Shown one piece after another: positions 56,801 through 64,000 of a DNA stretch of 64,000 bases; position 1 is the stretch's first letter, and each line of letters begins with the position of its first letter. A program made the position numbers and the translations under genes. This DNA is from an uncultured Clostridia bacterium (GTDB lineage: Bacteria > Bacillota > Clostridia > TANB77 > CAG-465). A model generated the notes under the pieces. The model was not told the origin of the DNA, did not search any database, and worked only from the letters and a program-made list of their open reading frames with translations. The stretch is taken from positions 177,972 through 241,971 of the forward strand of contig CALWOC010000002.1 in the NCBI GenBank assembly GCA_944383015.1. The letters run 5' to 3'.

Positions 56801-58296
56801 ATGGAATGGATATCCCATTTGAAACATTTTTAGGATTTAAAGGAGATAAAGAGCCAGATATTGACTTAAATTTTTCTGGAGAATATCAAGCAAAAGCGCA
56901 TAAGTATACTGAAGTAATATTTGGAACAGGAACCACATATAAAGCAGGAACAATTGGTACCGTAGCAGAAAAAACTGCATATGGTTTTGTTAAAAACTAT
57001 TTTGAAGAAAGAGGAATTTCAAAGCCAGTAGCTGAAATAAATAGACTTGCACAAGGATGTACAGGTATAAAAAGAACAACAGGACAACATCCTGGAGGAA
57101 TAATAGTTGTACCTAAAGGAAGAACAATATATGAATTTTGTCCTGTACAGCATCCGGCAGATGATCCATATTCAGATATAGTAACAACTCATTTTGATTA
57201 TCACTCTATAGATAAAAACTTACTTAAATTAGATATACTAGGTCATGATGATCCAACTGTTATTCGTATGCTTCAAGATTTAACAGGAATTGATCCTACA
57301 AAAATACCACTAGATGATAAAGAAACAATGGGAATATTTTCATCTACTAAGCCACTTGGAGTTACACCAGAGCAGATAAAGTCTGAGGTTGGAACTTATG
57401 GAGTACCAGAGTTTGGGACAAAATTTGTAAGGGGGATGCTTGTTGATACAAAACCTACAACTTTTGATGAGCTTATACGTATTTCTGGCTTATCTCATGG
57501 GACAGATGTGTGGTTAAATAATGCTCAAACTTTAATTGAACAAGGTACAGTAACGTTACAACAGGCAATATGTTGTCGTGATGATATAATGATTTATTTA
57601 ATAAATAAAGGACTTGAGCCAGGACTTGCATTTAAAATTATGGAGATTGTAAGAAAGGGAAAAGCACCTAAAAAACTTACACCAGATATGGTAGAAGAAA
57701 TGAAAAAACATGATGTACCTGATTGGTATATAGACTCTTGCTTTAAAATAAAATATATGTTTCCAAAAGCACATGCTGCAGCTTACGTAACAAATGCATT
57801 TAGAATTGCATGGTTTAAAGTACATATTCCAAAAGCATATTATGCTGCTTTCATGTCAATTAGAGCAGACGAATTTGATAGTGATTCAATGCTTTATGGA
57901 AAAGATAGAGTACTTGCTAAAATGAATGAGATAGACTCAATGGGAAATAATGCAGCTCCCAAAGACAAGAATATGTACCCAATACTTGAGCTTGTACTTG
58001 AGATGAATCAAAGAGGTATTGAATTTTTACCAGTAGACTTATATAAATCTTCTGTTAATAAGTTTTTGGTAGAAAAGGATGGTATAAGGCCACCACTTTC
58101 TGCACTTACTGGATTTGGAGAGGTTGATGCAGGAAAATTAGTAGAAGCTAGAGAAAAATATGGAACTTTTTCATCAGTAGAAGATATGACAATTAAGTCT
58201 AAAATTGGAAAAGTTGCAGTAGAAACTTTAAGACTTGCGGGATGTTTAGATGGAATGCCAAGGTCGGAGCAGATGGATATGTTTGATTTGCTATAA
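53845..58296 (+). CDS. polC: DNA polymerase III PolC-type
   Basis: ELHLHT PHP, FDLETTG exonuclease, GSRGSVGSS, PDIDLNFSG, KIKYMFPKAHA. Confidence 0.98.
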   Translation: MDKQVKEVFKNCVREENMFNLATVKEIKYSKKLNAVILDSYSQENIPQSDIEEFERLAKSQYELSSFKINYEYTGKPKDIDIQNVYDIISCINKKYDYTQDIFENCHINIDNDERNLKIELEKPYSNFLYIKRLDEYMKKSIEKQFGDDFKVEFNDMPGIDNGYLVEAKTIKLEDLNVAFNDQHDSKNEQSSNTKIIQKPKFVPKPPLTEEEKKERELAKSPQPDNVLYGVNIQNPIITKIEDIIPGNDRVCISGKLINKEERELRNGKILLTIDVTDKTCTVSCKMFLDKQKYEDVNGKLKKDSYVVVQGRPQIDAYSNELTIMVSNICKGEKPPERMDNASEKRVELHLHTQMSAMDAITSATDLVKQAIKWGHPAVAITDHGVVQSFPEANHVIVDNYADLVKKEGKITTQDILDAAPIKVIYGVEGYLAVDVEPVIPKKDTYCIFDLETTGFNPDTDGITEVAVCKVKNGEIIDEFTTFVNPEKPIPYNVQELTHITDDMVKDAPKMDEMIPKFLEFCKDSVLVAHNAHFDVSFIANKSEKLGLDFKPYVIDTYEMSLELYNGVENHKLGTLVEYLGIPLEGAHRAINDTRATAKMFIRMIEDCKKEKIDVNDYIFTNIKDKSRNLSPNHIIILAKNYVGLKNLYKLVSFSHVWNFHKKPKISRSMLKRYREGLIIGSACEQGELYQEVFDFKVGRSDGSKIEEIANFYDYLEIQPLGNNEFYERIGKKIKKEGKRPKGEEPEYIKLTHQQVIDINKYIVELGDKLNKPVVGTCDVHFMNPEDEIYRRIIQAGQGFDDADEQAPLYFRTTEEMLKEFDYLTPEKAYEIVVTNTNLVASWCDRISPISDEKCPPHIEGCEQDIRNIAMEKAHKLYGEKLPQIVEDRLERELNSIISNGYSVMYIIAQKLVWDSNDHGYIVGSRGSVGSSLAAYMTGITEVNSLKSHYRCPNCKYSDFSDNGYANGFDLPDKKCPVCGADLDKDGMDIPFETFLGFKGDKEPDIDLNFSGEYQAKAHKYTEVIFGTGTTYKAGTIGTVAEKTAYGFVKNYFEERGISKPVAEINRLAQGCTGIKRTTGQHPGGIIVVPKGRTIYEFCPVQHPADDPYSDIVTTHFDYHSIDKNLLKLDILGHDDPTVIRMLQDLTGIDPTKIPLDDKETMGIFSSTKPLGVTPEQIKSEVGTYGVPEFGTKFVRGMLVDTKPTTFDELIRISGLSHGTDVWLNNAQTLIEQGTVTLQQAICCRDDIMIYLINKGLEPGLAFKIMEIVRKGKAPKKLTPDMVEEMKKHDVPDWYIDSCFKIKYMFPKAHAAAYVTNAFRIAWFKVHIPKAYYAAFMSIRADEFDSDSMLYGKDRVLAKMNEIDSMGNNAAPKDKNMYPILELVLEMNQRGIEFLPVDLYKSSVNKFLVEKDGIRPPLSALTGFGEVDAGKLVEAREKYGTFSSVEDMTIKSKIGKVAVETLRLAGCLDGMPRSEQMDMFDLL

Positions 58297-58353
58297 TTTG
58301 TCTAATGACTTGAATTATTTTATATTCTAGGGTATAATATAAAATATAAAGGG

Positions 58354-58707
58354 GTGATTACTATGAAATTAGACATTACAGGTATTAGAATTGAAGTAAC
58401 AGATGCTATAAGAAGCTTTACAGAAAAGAAAATTAAAAAACTAGGAAAGTTTTTTGACGAAAATACAATTTGTCATGTGACTTTTACAGACAAATCTAAA
58501 GGTAAACAGCGTGTTGATATGAGAATCGAATATAAATCACGTACTTATTTAGCAGAAGAAAACACAGAAGATTTATACTCTGGAATTGATTCTTTAATTG
58601 AAAAAATTGAAGGACAGTTAAGAAGAGATAAAGCTGCTGCTGAAAAACAAAGAAGAACAGGTATTCCTGAAATGGAAGTTCCTCAAGAAGGACAGGATGA
58701 AGAATAA
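58354..58707 (+). CDS. hpf: Ribosome hibernation factor (short HPF/RaiA)
   Basis: ITGIRIEVTDAIR, DLYSGID...KIEGQLRR. Confidence 0.88.
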   Translation: MITMKLDITGIRIEVTDAIRSFTEKKIKKLGKFFDENTICHVTFTDKSKGKQRVDMRIEYKSRTYLAEENTEDLYSGIDSLIEKIEGQLRRDKAAAEKQRRTGIPEMEVPQEGQDEE

Positions 58708-58718
58708 TATAAAAAACA

Positions 58719-58745
58719 AAAAAGACCACATATGTGGTCTTTTTT
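58719..58745 (+). terminator. Intrinsic terminator
   Basis: aaaaagaccac-atat-gtggtcttttt. Confidence 0.75.
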
Positions 58746-58858
58746 ATACCTTTAAAGTGTTTACAATTTACATAATATATGATATAATTATATTATGGAT
58801 TGATTTTTTTATCGGTCTACTAATGTAAGAAGAAAAAAAGATTAAAAAGGAGGGAATT

Positions 58859-59551
58859 ATGAAAACACTAAGGAAACTAGTCGTAGTGTTTGGTCTATGT
58901 TTCTTTTTAGCAGGAGCTTTTTTAAATTCTGGATTTTTTAAACAGAAACAAGATGAAGCTTATGCACAATTAAAAGAAAAATATCAAATAACTACAGATA
59001 TAGTAGAGGTTCAAGACGAATTAGAACCAGAGGTCATAGAAGAGCCTGAAGCTACACAGACTGAAAATGTCCAAAAAGTTTCTGAAGTAAAAACTAAAAA
59101 AGAAGAGGCAAAAGTAGATAATAGAACTACTGAGAATATTATATGGGATTTTTTAAAAAATTCTGGTTATACAGATATTCAAACAGCAGCTATTATTGGA
59201 AACTTATACCAAGAGAGTGGTCTAAAATCTTCAAGTGTAGAACATGGCACTGGTGAAGGTATTGGAATTGCTCAATGGTCGTTTGGGCGTAAGCAACAAC
59301 TAAAAAACTATGCTGCTTCTAAGGGTGTAGAATGGACTAACTTAAATGCACAACTAGAATTTCTAGTAAAAGAATTAAAGTCTAGTCAATTTTACGAACC
59401 ATATAAGAGCACATTTGCTAATCCATACAGTATTAATGAAGCTGTAGAAGCTTATTGTTTTGGTTTTGAAAGACCAAATAGAGCTAAAGCAAACTTATCT
59501 TATAGAGAGAAGATGGCATGGCAAGCATACTATAGAAATGTGGATAGATAA
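58859..59551 (+). CDS. Membrane-anchored phage-tail-lysozyme-like cell-wall hydrolase
   Basis: IWDFLK, AAIIGNLYQESG, GIAQWS, QLEFL, FERP. Confidence 0.8.
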   Translation: MKTLRKLVVVFGLCFFLAGAFLNSGFFKQKQDEAYAQLKEKYQITTDIVEVQDELEPEVIEEPEATQTENVQKVSEVKTKKEEAKVDNRTTENIIWDFLKNSGYTDIQTAAIIGNLYQESGLKSSSVEHGTGEGIGIAQWSFGRKQQLKNYAASKGVEWTNLNAQLEFLVKELKSSQFYEPYKSTFANPYSINEAVEAYCFGFERPNRAKANLSYREKMAWQAYYRNVDR

Positions 59552-59572
59552 TATCTATCCACATTCTTTTTT
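59539..59572 (+). terminator. Intrinsic terminator overlapping stop codon
   Basis: aatgtggatagat-aat-atctatccacatt plus T run. Confidence 0.65.
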
Positions 59573-59731
59573 ACTTAATGTGTTTACATAAATATAAAAA
59601 TGTGGTATAATTAAAATAGGGTAATATTTTATTTAGATATTCACTTAATAGGGGATATATTAATAACCCCTGTTTTTAATACGTACTAATGATTAAAGTA
59701 TTACTACTATAATAGACATAGGAGGAAGAAA

Positions 59732-60388
59732 ATGAAAAAGAAAAAGAAGGGGTTAAAGAAACTATTAAAGAAAGGAGTAGTTTTAGCTTCAATTGCTTTT
59801 TTAGCAACTGGTATATTTATGAATAGTGATTATGCAAAAACTTATCAAGATTCTGTATATGCAGAACTTAAAGATAAATATGGCATTGCTATTCAAACAG
59901 AACCAGATGTTATTGAGGATACTCAAAAAGTTGAGAAAAATTACAGTTTAACTGTAGACTCAGACTTAAGAGTACCATCAAATGCAACTGCAGAAGACAT
60001 AGACAAGATGCTTGAAGGCACAGCTTTACATGGTCTTGGAAATGCTTTTGTAGAAGCAGAAAAAACATATAATGTAAATGCATTATATATGATGGGACTT
60101 GCAGCACTTGAGAGTGCATGGGGAACCTCAGGATATGCTGTTTATAGAAACAACTTATATGGTTGGAACGCTGTAGATAGTAATCCAGATAATGCAAGCT
60201 ACTTTAATAGTAAGCATGAAGCTACATTATATGTTGCTAAAAAATTAAAACAAAACTACTTAACAGAAAATGGGGCTTACTTTGAAGGATATAGTCCAAG
60301 AGCTATTGACGTACATTACTGTACAGACAAACAGCATGCGGATAAAATCGTATCAATAGTAAACTCTTTAACAGAAAAACTAGGATAA
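59732..60388 (+). CDS. Membrane-anchored glucosaminidase (GH73-like)
   Basis: AEKTYNVNAL, AALESAWGTS, NNLYGWNAVD, YCTD. Confidence 0.85.
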   Translation: MKKKKKGLKKLLKKGVVLASIAFLATGIFMNSDYAKTYQDSVYAELKDKYGIAIQTEPDVIEDTQKVEKNYSLTVDSDLRVPSNATAEDIDKMLEGTALHGLGNAFVEAEKTYNVNALYMMGLAALESAWGTSGYAVYRNNLYGWNAVDSNPDNASYFNSKHEATLYVAKKLKQNYLTENGAYFEGYSPRAIDVHYCTDKQHADKIVSIVNSLTEKLG

Positions 60389-60483
60389 AATTTCACCTAG
60401 TTTTTCTTTTTTTGTTTTAAAAATATTTTTATACATATAATAATATGGAGTGTAAAAAGAAAATTGTGAAAATTTTGTGTTTT

Positions 60484-60510
60484 TTAGCACTTGAGTGTTG
60501 ACAGTGCTAA
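60484..60510 (+). promoter_or_regulatory. CIRCE (HrcA operator) overlapping -35 box
   Basis: TTAGCACTT-N9-CAGTGCTAA containing TTGACA; TGATATAAT downstream. Confidence 0.8.
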
Positions 60511-60620
60511 AAGTAGTGATATAATATAATTGTACAAAGAAAAAAGACGTCTTTTAATATTGGTAAATGTGCTACCTTTAATGGGTGTCAACACATAAAA
60601 ATGAAAGGAAGTAGATTTAT

Positions 60621-61040
60621 ATGATGATGATACCAAGAAGAAATGATTTTGATTTATTAAGTGAGATGTTTAGAGATCCGTTTTTTGATGAGAGAGAAAG
60701 TAGGGTAATGAAAACAGATATCAAAGAAAAGAAAGACAAATATGTAATTGATATTGATTTACCAGGATATGAAAAAGAAAATATTAAAATTGAAGTTGAA
60801 GATGGATATTTAACAGTTCACGCAACTATTGACTCAAACAAAGAGGAAAAAGAAGAAGGCAAATTTGTACGTAAAGAAAGATATATGGGTTCTTGCTCAA
60901 GAAGCTTTTATGTAGGAGATGATGTTAAAGAAGAAGACATTAAAGCTACATTTAGAAATGGTATTTTAAAACTTGAGGTACCAAAAGTTGAAGAGAAAAA
61001 AGAACTACCTGAAAAGAAATATATTCAAATTGAAGACTAG
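60621..61040 (+). CDS. Hsp20/alpha-crystallin small heat-shock protein
   Basis: MKTDIKE, DLPGYEKENI, RKERYMG, ATFRNGILKL. Confidence 0.95.
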   Translation: MMMIPRRNDFDLLSEMFRDPFFDERESRVMKTDIKEKKDKYVIDIDLPGYEKENIKIEVEDGYLTVHATIDSNKEEKEEGKFVRKERYMGSCSRSFYVGDDVKEEDIKATFRNGILKLEVPKVEEKKELPEKKYIQIED

Positions 61041-61046
61041 ATGTTT

Positions 61047-61080
61047 AGAGGAAATTCATACGAATTTCCTCTTTTTTTAT
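61047..61080 (+). terminator. Intrinsic terminator
   Basis: agaggaaattc-atac-gaatttcctct plus T run. Confidence 0.8.
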
Positions 61081-61089
61081 TTATATATG

Positions 61090-61250
61090 TTGACATAATG
61101 ATAAAATTATGCTATTATAAAAACATAACATGAGAGTGTGTATAAGTTTAACGAGCTACACAACCTTAAGATAATAAGGTACACTTAAAGATATTTTCAT
61201 AAAAGGAGTCTCATTAGTAGAAGCTTTTTATGAGAATATCTTTTTTTATA
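61090..61250 (+). promoter_or_regulatory. SigA promoter and attenuator leader of ABC exporter
   Basis: TTGACA-17 bp-TATTAT; 14-codon uORF 61130-61174; long terminator hairpin 61187-61247. Confidence 0.6.
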
Positions 61251-61308
61251 CTTTAAATTAATATTTTAAGTAGATATTCTCTATTAATTAAAAAGGAGGG
61301 ATACGAAA

Positions 61309-62259
61309 ATGCAAATATGTGTAGAAAATTTGAAAAAAACTTTTGTTATCAAAAGTGGTGGAATTATTAAAACTAAGAAAAAGACTGAAGTAAAAGCTGT
61401 TGAAGATGTTTCTTTTACTGTAGAAAAAGGAGAAATAGTTGCTTTTATTGGACCAAATGGAGCTGGAAAGAGTACAACAATAAAAATGCTTACTGGTATT
61501 ATACAGCCAACTGAAGGAAAGATTGAAGTTGCTGGATTTAATCCTTCAAAAGACAGAAAGAAATTAGCATATAAAATAGGATGTATGTTTGGACAAAAAT
61601 CTCAATTATACATGCATTTAACAGTAAGAGATAGTTATAAGCTTCTTTGTAGCATCTATGACTTAGATAGTAAGCAAGCTGAAGAGAAAATTGAAGAGAT
61701 AGCTAATTTGTTTAAAATACATGATTTATTAAATAGAGTTGTTAGAAAGTTATCTCTTGGACAAAGAATGATATGTGAGATAGCTGGAAGTATTCTTCAT
61801 AATCCGGAAATTATTTTCTTAGATGAACCAACAATTGGTTTAGATATTTTTGCTAAAGCAAGAATAAGAGAGATAATAAAAAAGATGAATGAAGAAAAGG
61901 GTACAACTATATTTTTAACTAGTCATGATATTGGAGATGTTGAAGCATTATGTAATAGAATAATTATTATTAATAATGGTACTATAGTTACAGATTCAAC
62001 AATAGATGAACTAAAGTCTAAATATTTATCTACAAAAGTCGTTAAAATATCATATGATAGTGACATTATCTGTAAAAAGATAGAATATAATGTGCAAAAA
62101 TTAGAACACAATCAAGTAGAACTAATTATTGATACTAATAGGGAAAATATAGGAGATGCATTAGCATATTTTACTTCTTTAGGAAATATTGTCGATATAC
62201 AAATAAGTTCTACACCACTTGAGGATGTAATAAAGAAAATTTATCAAGAAAGGAGATAA
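61309..62259 (+). CDS. ABC-2 type exporter ATP-binding protein
   Basis: GPNGAGKST, LSLGQRM, FLDEPTIGLD. Confidence 0.93.
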   Translation: MQICVENLKKTFVIKSGGIIKTKKKTEVKAVEDVSFTVEKGEIVAFIGPNGAGKSTTIKMLTGIIQPTEGKIEVAGFNPSKDRKKLAYKIGCMFGQKSQLYMHLTVRDSYKLLCSIYDLDSKQAEEKIEEIANLFKIHDLLNRVVRKLSLGQRMICEIAGSILHNPEIIFLDEPTIGLDIFAKARIREIIKKMNEEKGTTIFLTSHDIGDVEALCNRIIIINNGTIVTDSTIDELKSKYLSTKVVKISYDSDIICKKIEYNVQKLEHNQVELIIDTNRENIGDALAYFTSLGNIVDIQISSTPLEDVIKKIYQERR

Positions 62260-62261
62260 AA

Positions 62262-63035
62262 ATGAGAAAGTATTTAGCTATATTTAAATTTAATTTGAAA
62301 TCTGAGCTAAACTTTAAAGCTGATTATATTTTTTCTTTACTATCATTTGCTATACATGTATTTGTATTTAATGCTTTATGGAATTATATATTACAAGGCA
62401 AGATGATAGAAGGTTATGGAAAGCCACAATTAATTTGGTATATTATAATTGGTGAGTTCTTAGCTTATTCAATAGGAAAGAAAAACTATATTAAAGTATC
62501 AGATATGATAAAAAATGGTGATGTTGCAAATATACTTACCAAGCCGTTAAGTTTTATGAAGTATATTCTTGCAAATGAAGCAACTTCAATAGTAAATATT
62601 GGTGTTAATTTAATTTTTGCAGTGATATTAGGATTAATAATGGCAGGACCAATAAAACTTGAGGCAATACAAGTAATATTATTTATAATCTCAATTATTA
62701 TATCATTTTTTATGGATGTGTTTTTATATGTATTTATTGGAATGCTTGCTTTTTTAACTGAAGAAAATAAGTCTTTTTATATGGTTATTTCAAAAGCTAT
62801 GTTACTTTTAATTTTTACTCCACTAGAATTTTTTCCAATATGGGTTCAAAATATTTTAAGATTTTTACCTACAACATATATTGTATACCCACCAGGAAAA
62901 ATATTTGTAAATTTTGATATAAAATCAGCAATATTTTTAATAATATGTCAAATTTTTGCATTTTTAGTTGTGTATTTAGCTGTTTATGCAATTAATAAGA
63001 AAGGAGTGAAGAATATAAATGTTAACGGAGGTTAG
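62262..63035 (+). CDS. ABC-2 family permease
   Basis: Six-TM protein, IKNGDVANILTKP. Confidence 0.85.
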   Translation: MRKYLAIFKFNLKSELNFKADYIFSLLSFAIHVFVFNALWNYILQGKMIEGYGKPQLIWYIIIGEFLAYSIGKKNYIKVSDMIKNGDVANILTKPLSFMKYILANEATSIVNIGVNLIFAVILGLIMAGPIKLEAIQVILFIISIIISFFMDVFLYVFIGMLAFLTEENKSFYMVISKAMLLLIFTPLEFFPIWVQNILRFLPTTYIVYPPGKIFVNFDIKSAIFLIICQIFAFLVVYLAVYAINKKGVKNINVNGG

Positions 63036-63819
63036 AAATAATATTAGATATTTACGTGATGCTATAAAAGTAAGTATTAAATCTGCTATGGCATATAAAG
63101 TAAGTTTTCTAATACAAACAATATTTATGTTTTTTAATAATGCATCTTTTTTAGTTTTTTGGCTAGTTGTATTTAGTCATACTGGTAATCAAGGAGATGT
63201 AACTTTTAATAATGTTTTGTATATATGGGCTTTTTCATCAATGTCTTATGGAATAGCATATTTCTTTTTTGCTGGAATTCAGAAAATAAATGAATACATT
63301 ATTTCTGGAGCAATGGACAGTTACTTACTACAACCTAAAAATGTTTTGTTAAATGTAGCCACTTCAAAGAGTAGCTTTTCAGCATGTGGAGATATTTTAT
63401 ATGGATTAGTTATTTCTTTTATGGCAAGTGGGGCAGATATATCAAAGGTATTATTTGTTATATTTTTATCCTTATTTGGAAGTATATTTTTCTTTTCAAG
63501 TGAAGTGTTTTTTAGATCACTTGCAGTATGGATTGGAGATACAAATATGATTGCAAATAGATATGTTGAAATGCTACTTATTACATTTTCGACATATCCA
63601 GAAAATATATTTAGAATTGGAATAAAAGTTATATTATATACTGTTGTACCAGTTGCATACCTATCATATATACCATCAAGACTTGTAGAAAACTTTAATA
63701 TATGGTTGTTTTTACTAGTAATTATAGTCGCAATTATATATCTTACAATATCAATATTTAGTTTTTATAAAGCACTTAAAAGCTATGAATCTGGAAACAG
63801 TATGGCTATGAAGGATTAA
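63019..63819 (+). CDS. ABC-2 family permease
   Basis: ISGAMDSYLLQP, FSTYP..IF, ALKSYESG. Confidence 0.85.
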   Translation: MLTEVRNNIRYLRDAIKVSIKSAMAYKVSFLIQTIFMFFNNASFLVFWLVVFSHTGNQGDVTFNNVLYIWAFSSMSYGIAYFFFAGIQKINEYIISGAMDSYLLQPKNVLLNVATSKSSFSACGDILYGLVISFMASGADISKVLFVIFLSLFGSIFFFSSEVFFRSLAVWIGDTNMIANRYVEMLLITFSTYPENIFRIGIKVILYTVVPVAYLSYIPSRLVENFNIWLFLLVIIVAIIYLTISIFSFYKALKSYESGNSMAMKD

Positions 63820-63822
63820 ACT

Positions 63823-63860
63823 TAGAGGAAGTTAAAATAATTACTTCCTCTATTTTTTTG
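63823..63860 (+). terminator. Intrinsic terminator
   Basis: tagaggaagt...acttcctcta plus T run. Confidence 0.75.
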
Positions 63861-63957
63861 ATTTAAAATTTTTGTTGCTATTTGACTATATTTATGCTAA
63901 GATACAAGTAATTGATGTATATACTAATATACATTAAATAAAAAAGGATGTGATAAT

Positions 63958-64000
63958 ATGGAAGATAATACATGTAAATGTGGAAACTGTAAAAAAGACA
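63958..64000 (+). CDS. Start of ORF truncated by window edge
   Basis: AAGGA RBS, MEDNTCKCGNCKKT. Confidence 0.4.
   Translation, partial: MEDNTCKCGNCKKD

Noticed and set aside
58297-58353. raiA-motif RNA upstream of hpf
   Set aside because: Gap is only 57 bp and is occupied by a promoter-like sequence
58859-59551. Prophage remnant suggested by the phage-tail lysozyme domain
   Set aside because: No other phage genes nearby; the gene has a host-type promoter and a paralogous anchor shared with its neighbour
59600-59731. c-di-AMP/c-di-GMP riboswitch before the glucosaminidase
   Set aside because: Only one short hairpin (agggg/cccct); conserved aptamer motifs not recognised
745-62111. Numerous minus-strand ORFs of 60-227 aa (e.g. 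13167-13658, 30837-31508, 50485-51168)
   Set aside because: They lie antisense to well-supported genes, have F/S/L/I-rich shadow composition and show no recognisable motifs
1-64000. CRISPR array, tRNA, rRNA, IS transposase
   Set aside because: No repeat-spacer periodicity, cloverleaf, rRNA-like tract or DDE/HUH transposase ORF seen

Overview
Low-GC Clostridia (Bacillota) chromosome segment with two parts. (1) 1-~27384 is the right part of an integrative conjugative element (ICE). It holds PrgI, a VirB4-like ATPase and an M23 peptidase with cargo genes interleaved (Stk2-like kinase, MT-A70 methyltransferase), a sortase and a thioester-domain adhesin, an SNF2-helicase/DUF4391/type III R-M block, a SpoVT-like GAF protein, a Tn916 orf7/orf8-like regulator pair, a candidate structured RNA and two tandem large serine recombinases. 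The element appears to be inserted in a dacF-like gene, of which only the 3' part is present. (2) The host chromosome follows: ECF sigma/anti-sigma/ABC exporter, a 16.5-kb 14-gene Tad-like filament locus with seven pilin-like genes and no prepilin peptidase, spoIID-spoIIQ-spoIIID-mbl, a gene broken by a +1 shift at the only in-frame CGG codon I found, polC, hpf, two cell-wall hydrolases, a CIRCE-controlled Hsp20 and an ABC-2 exporter behind a putative attenuator. All family calls come from motif recognition by eye; no searches were run.
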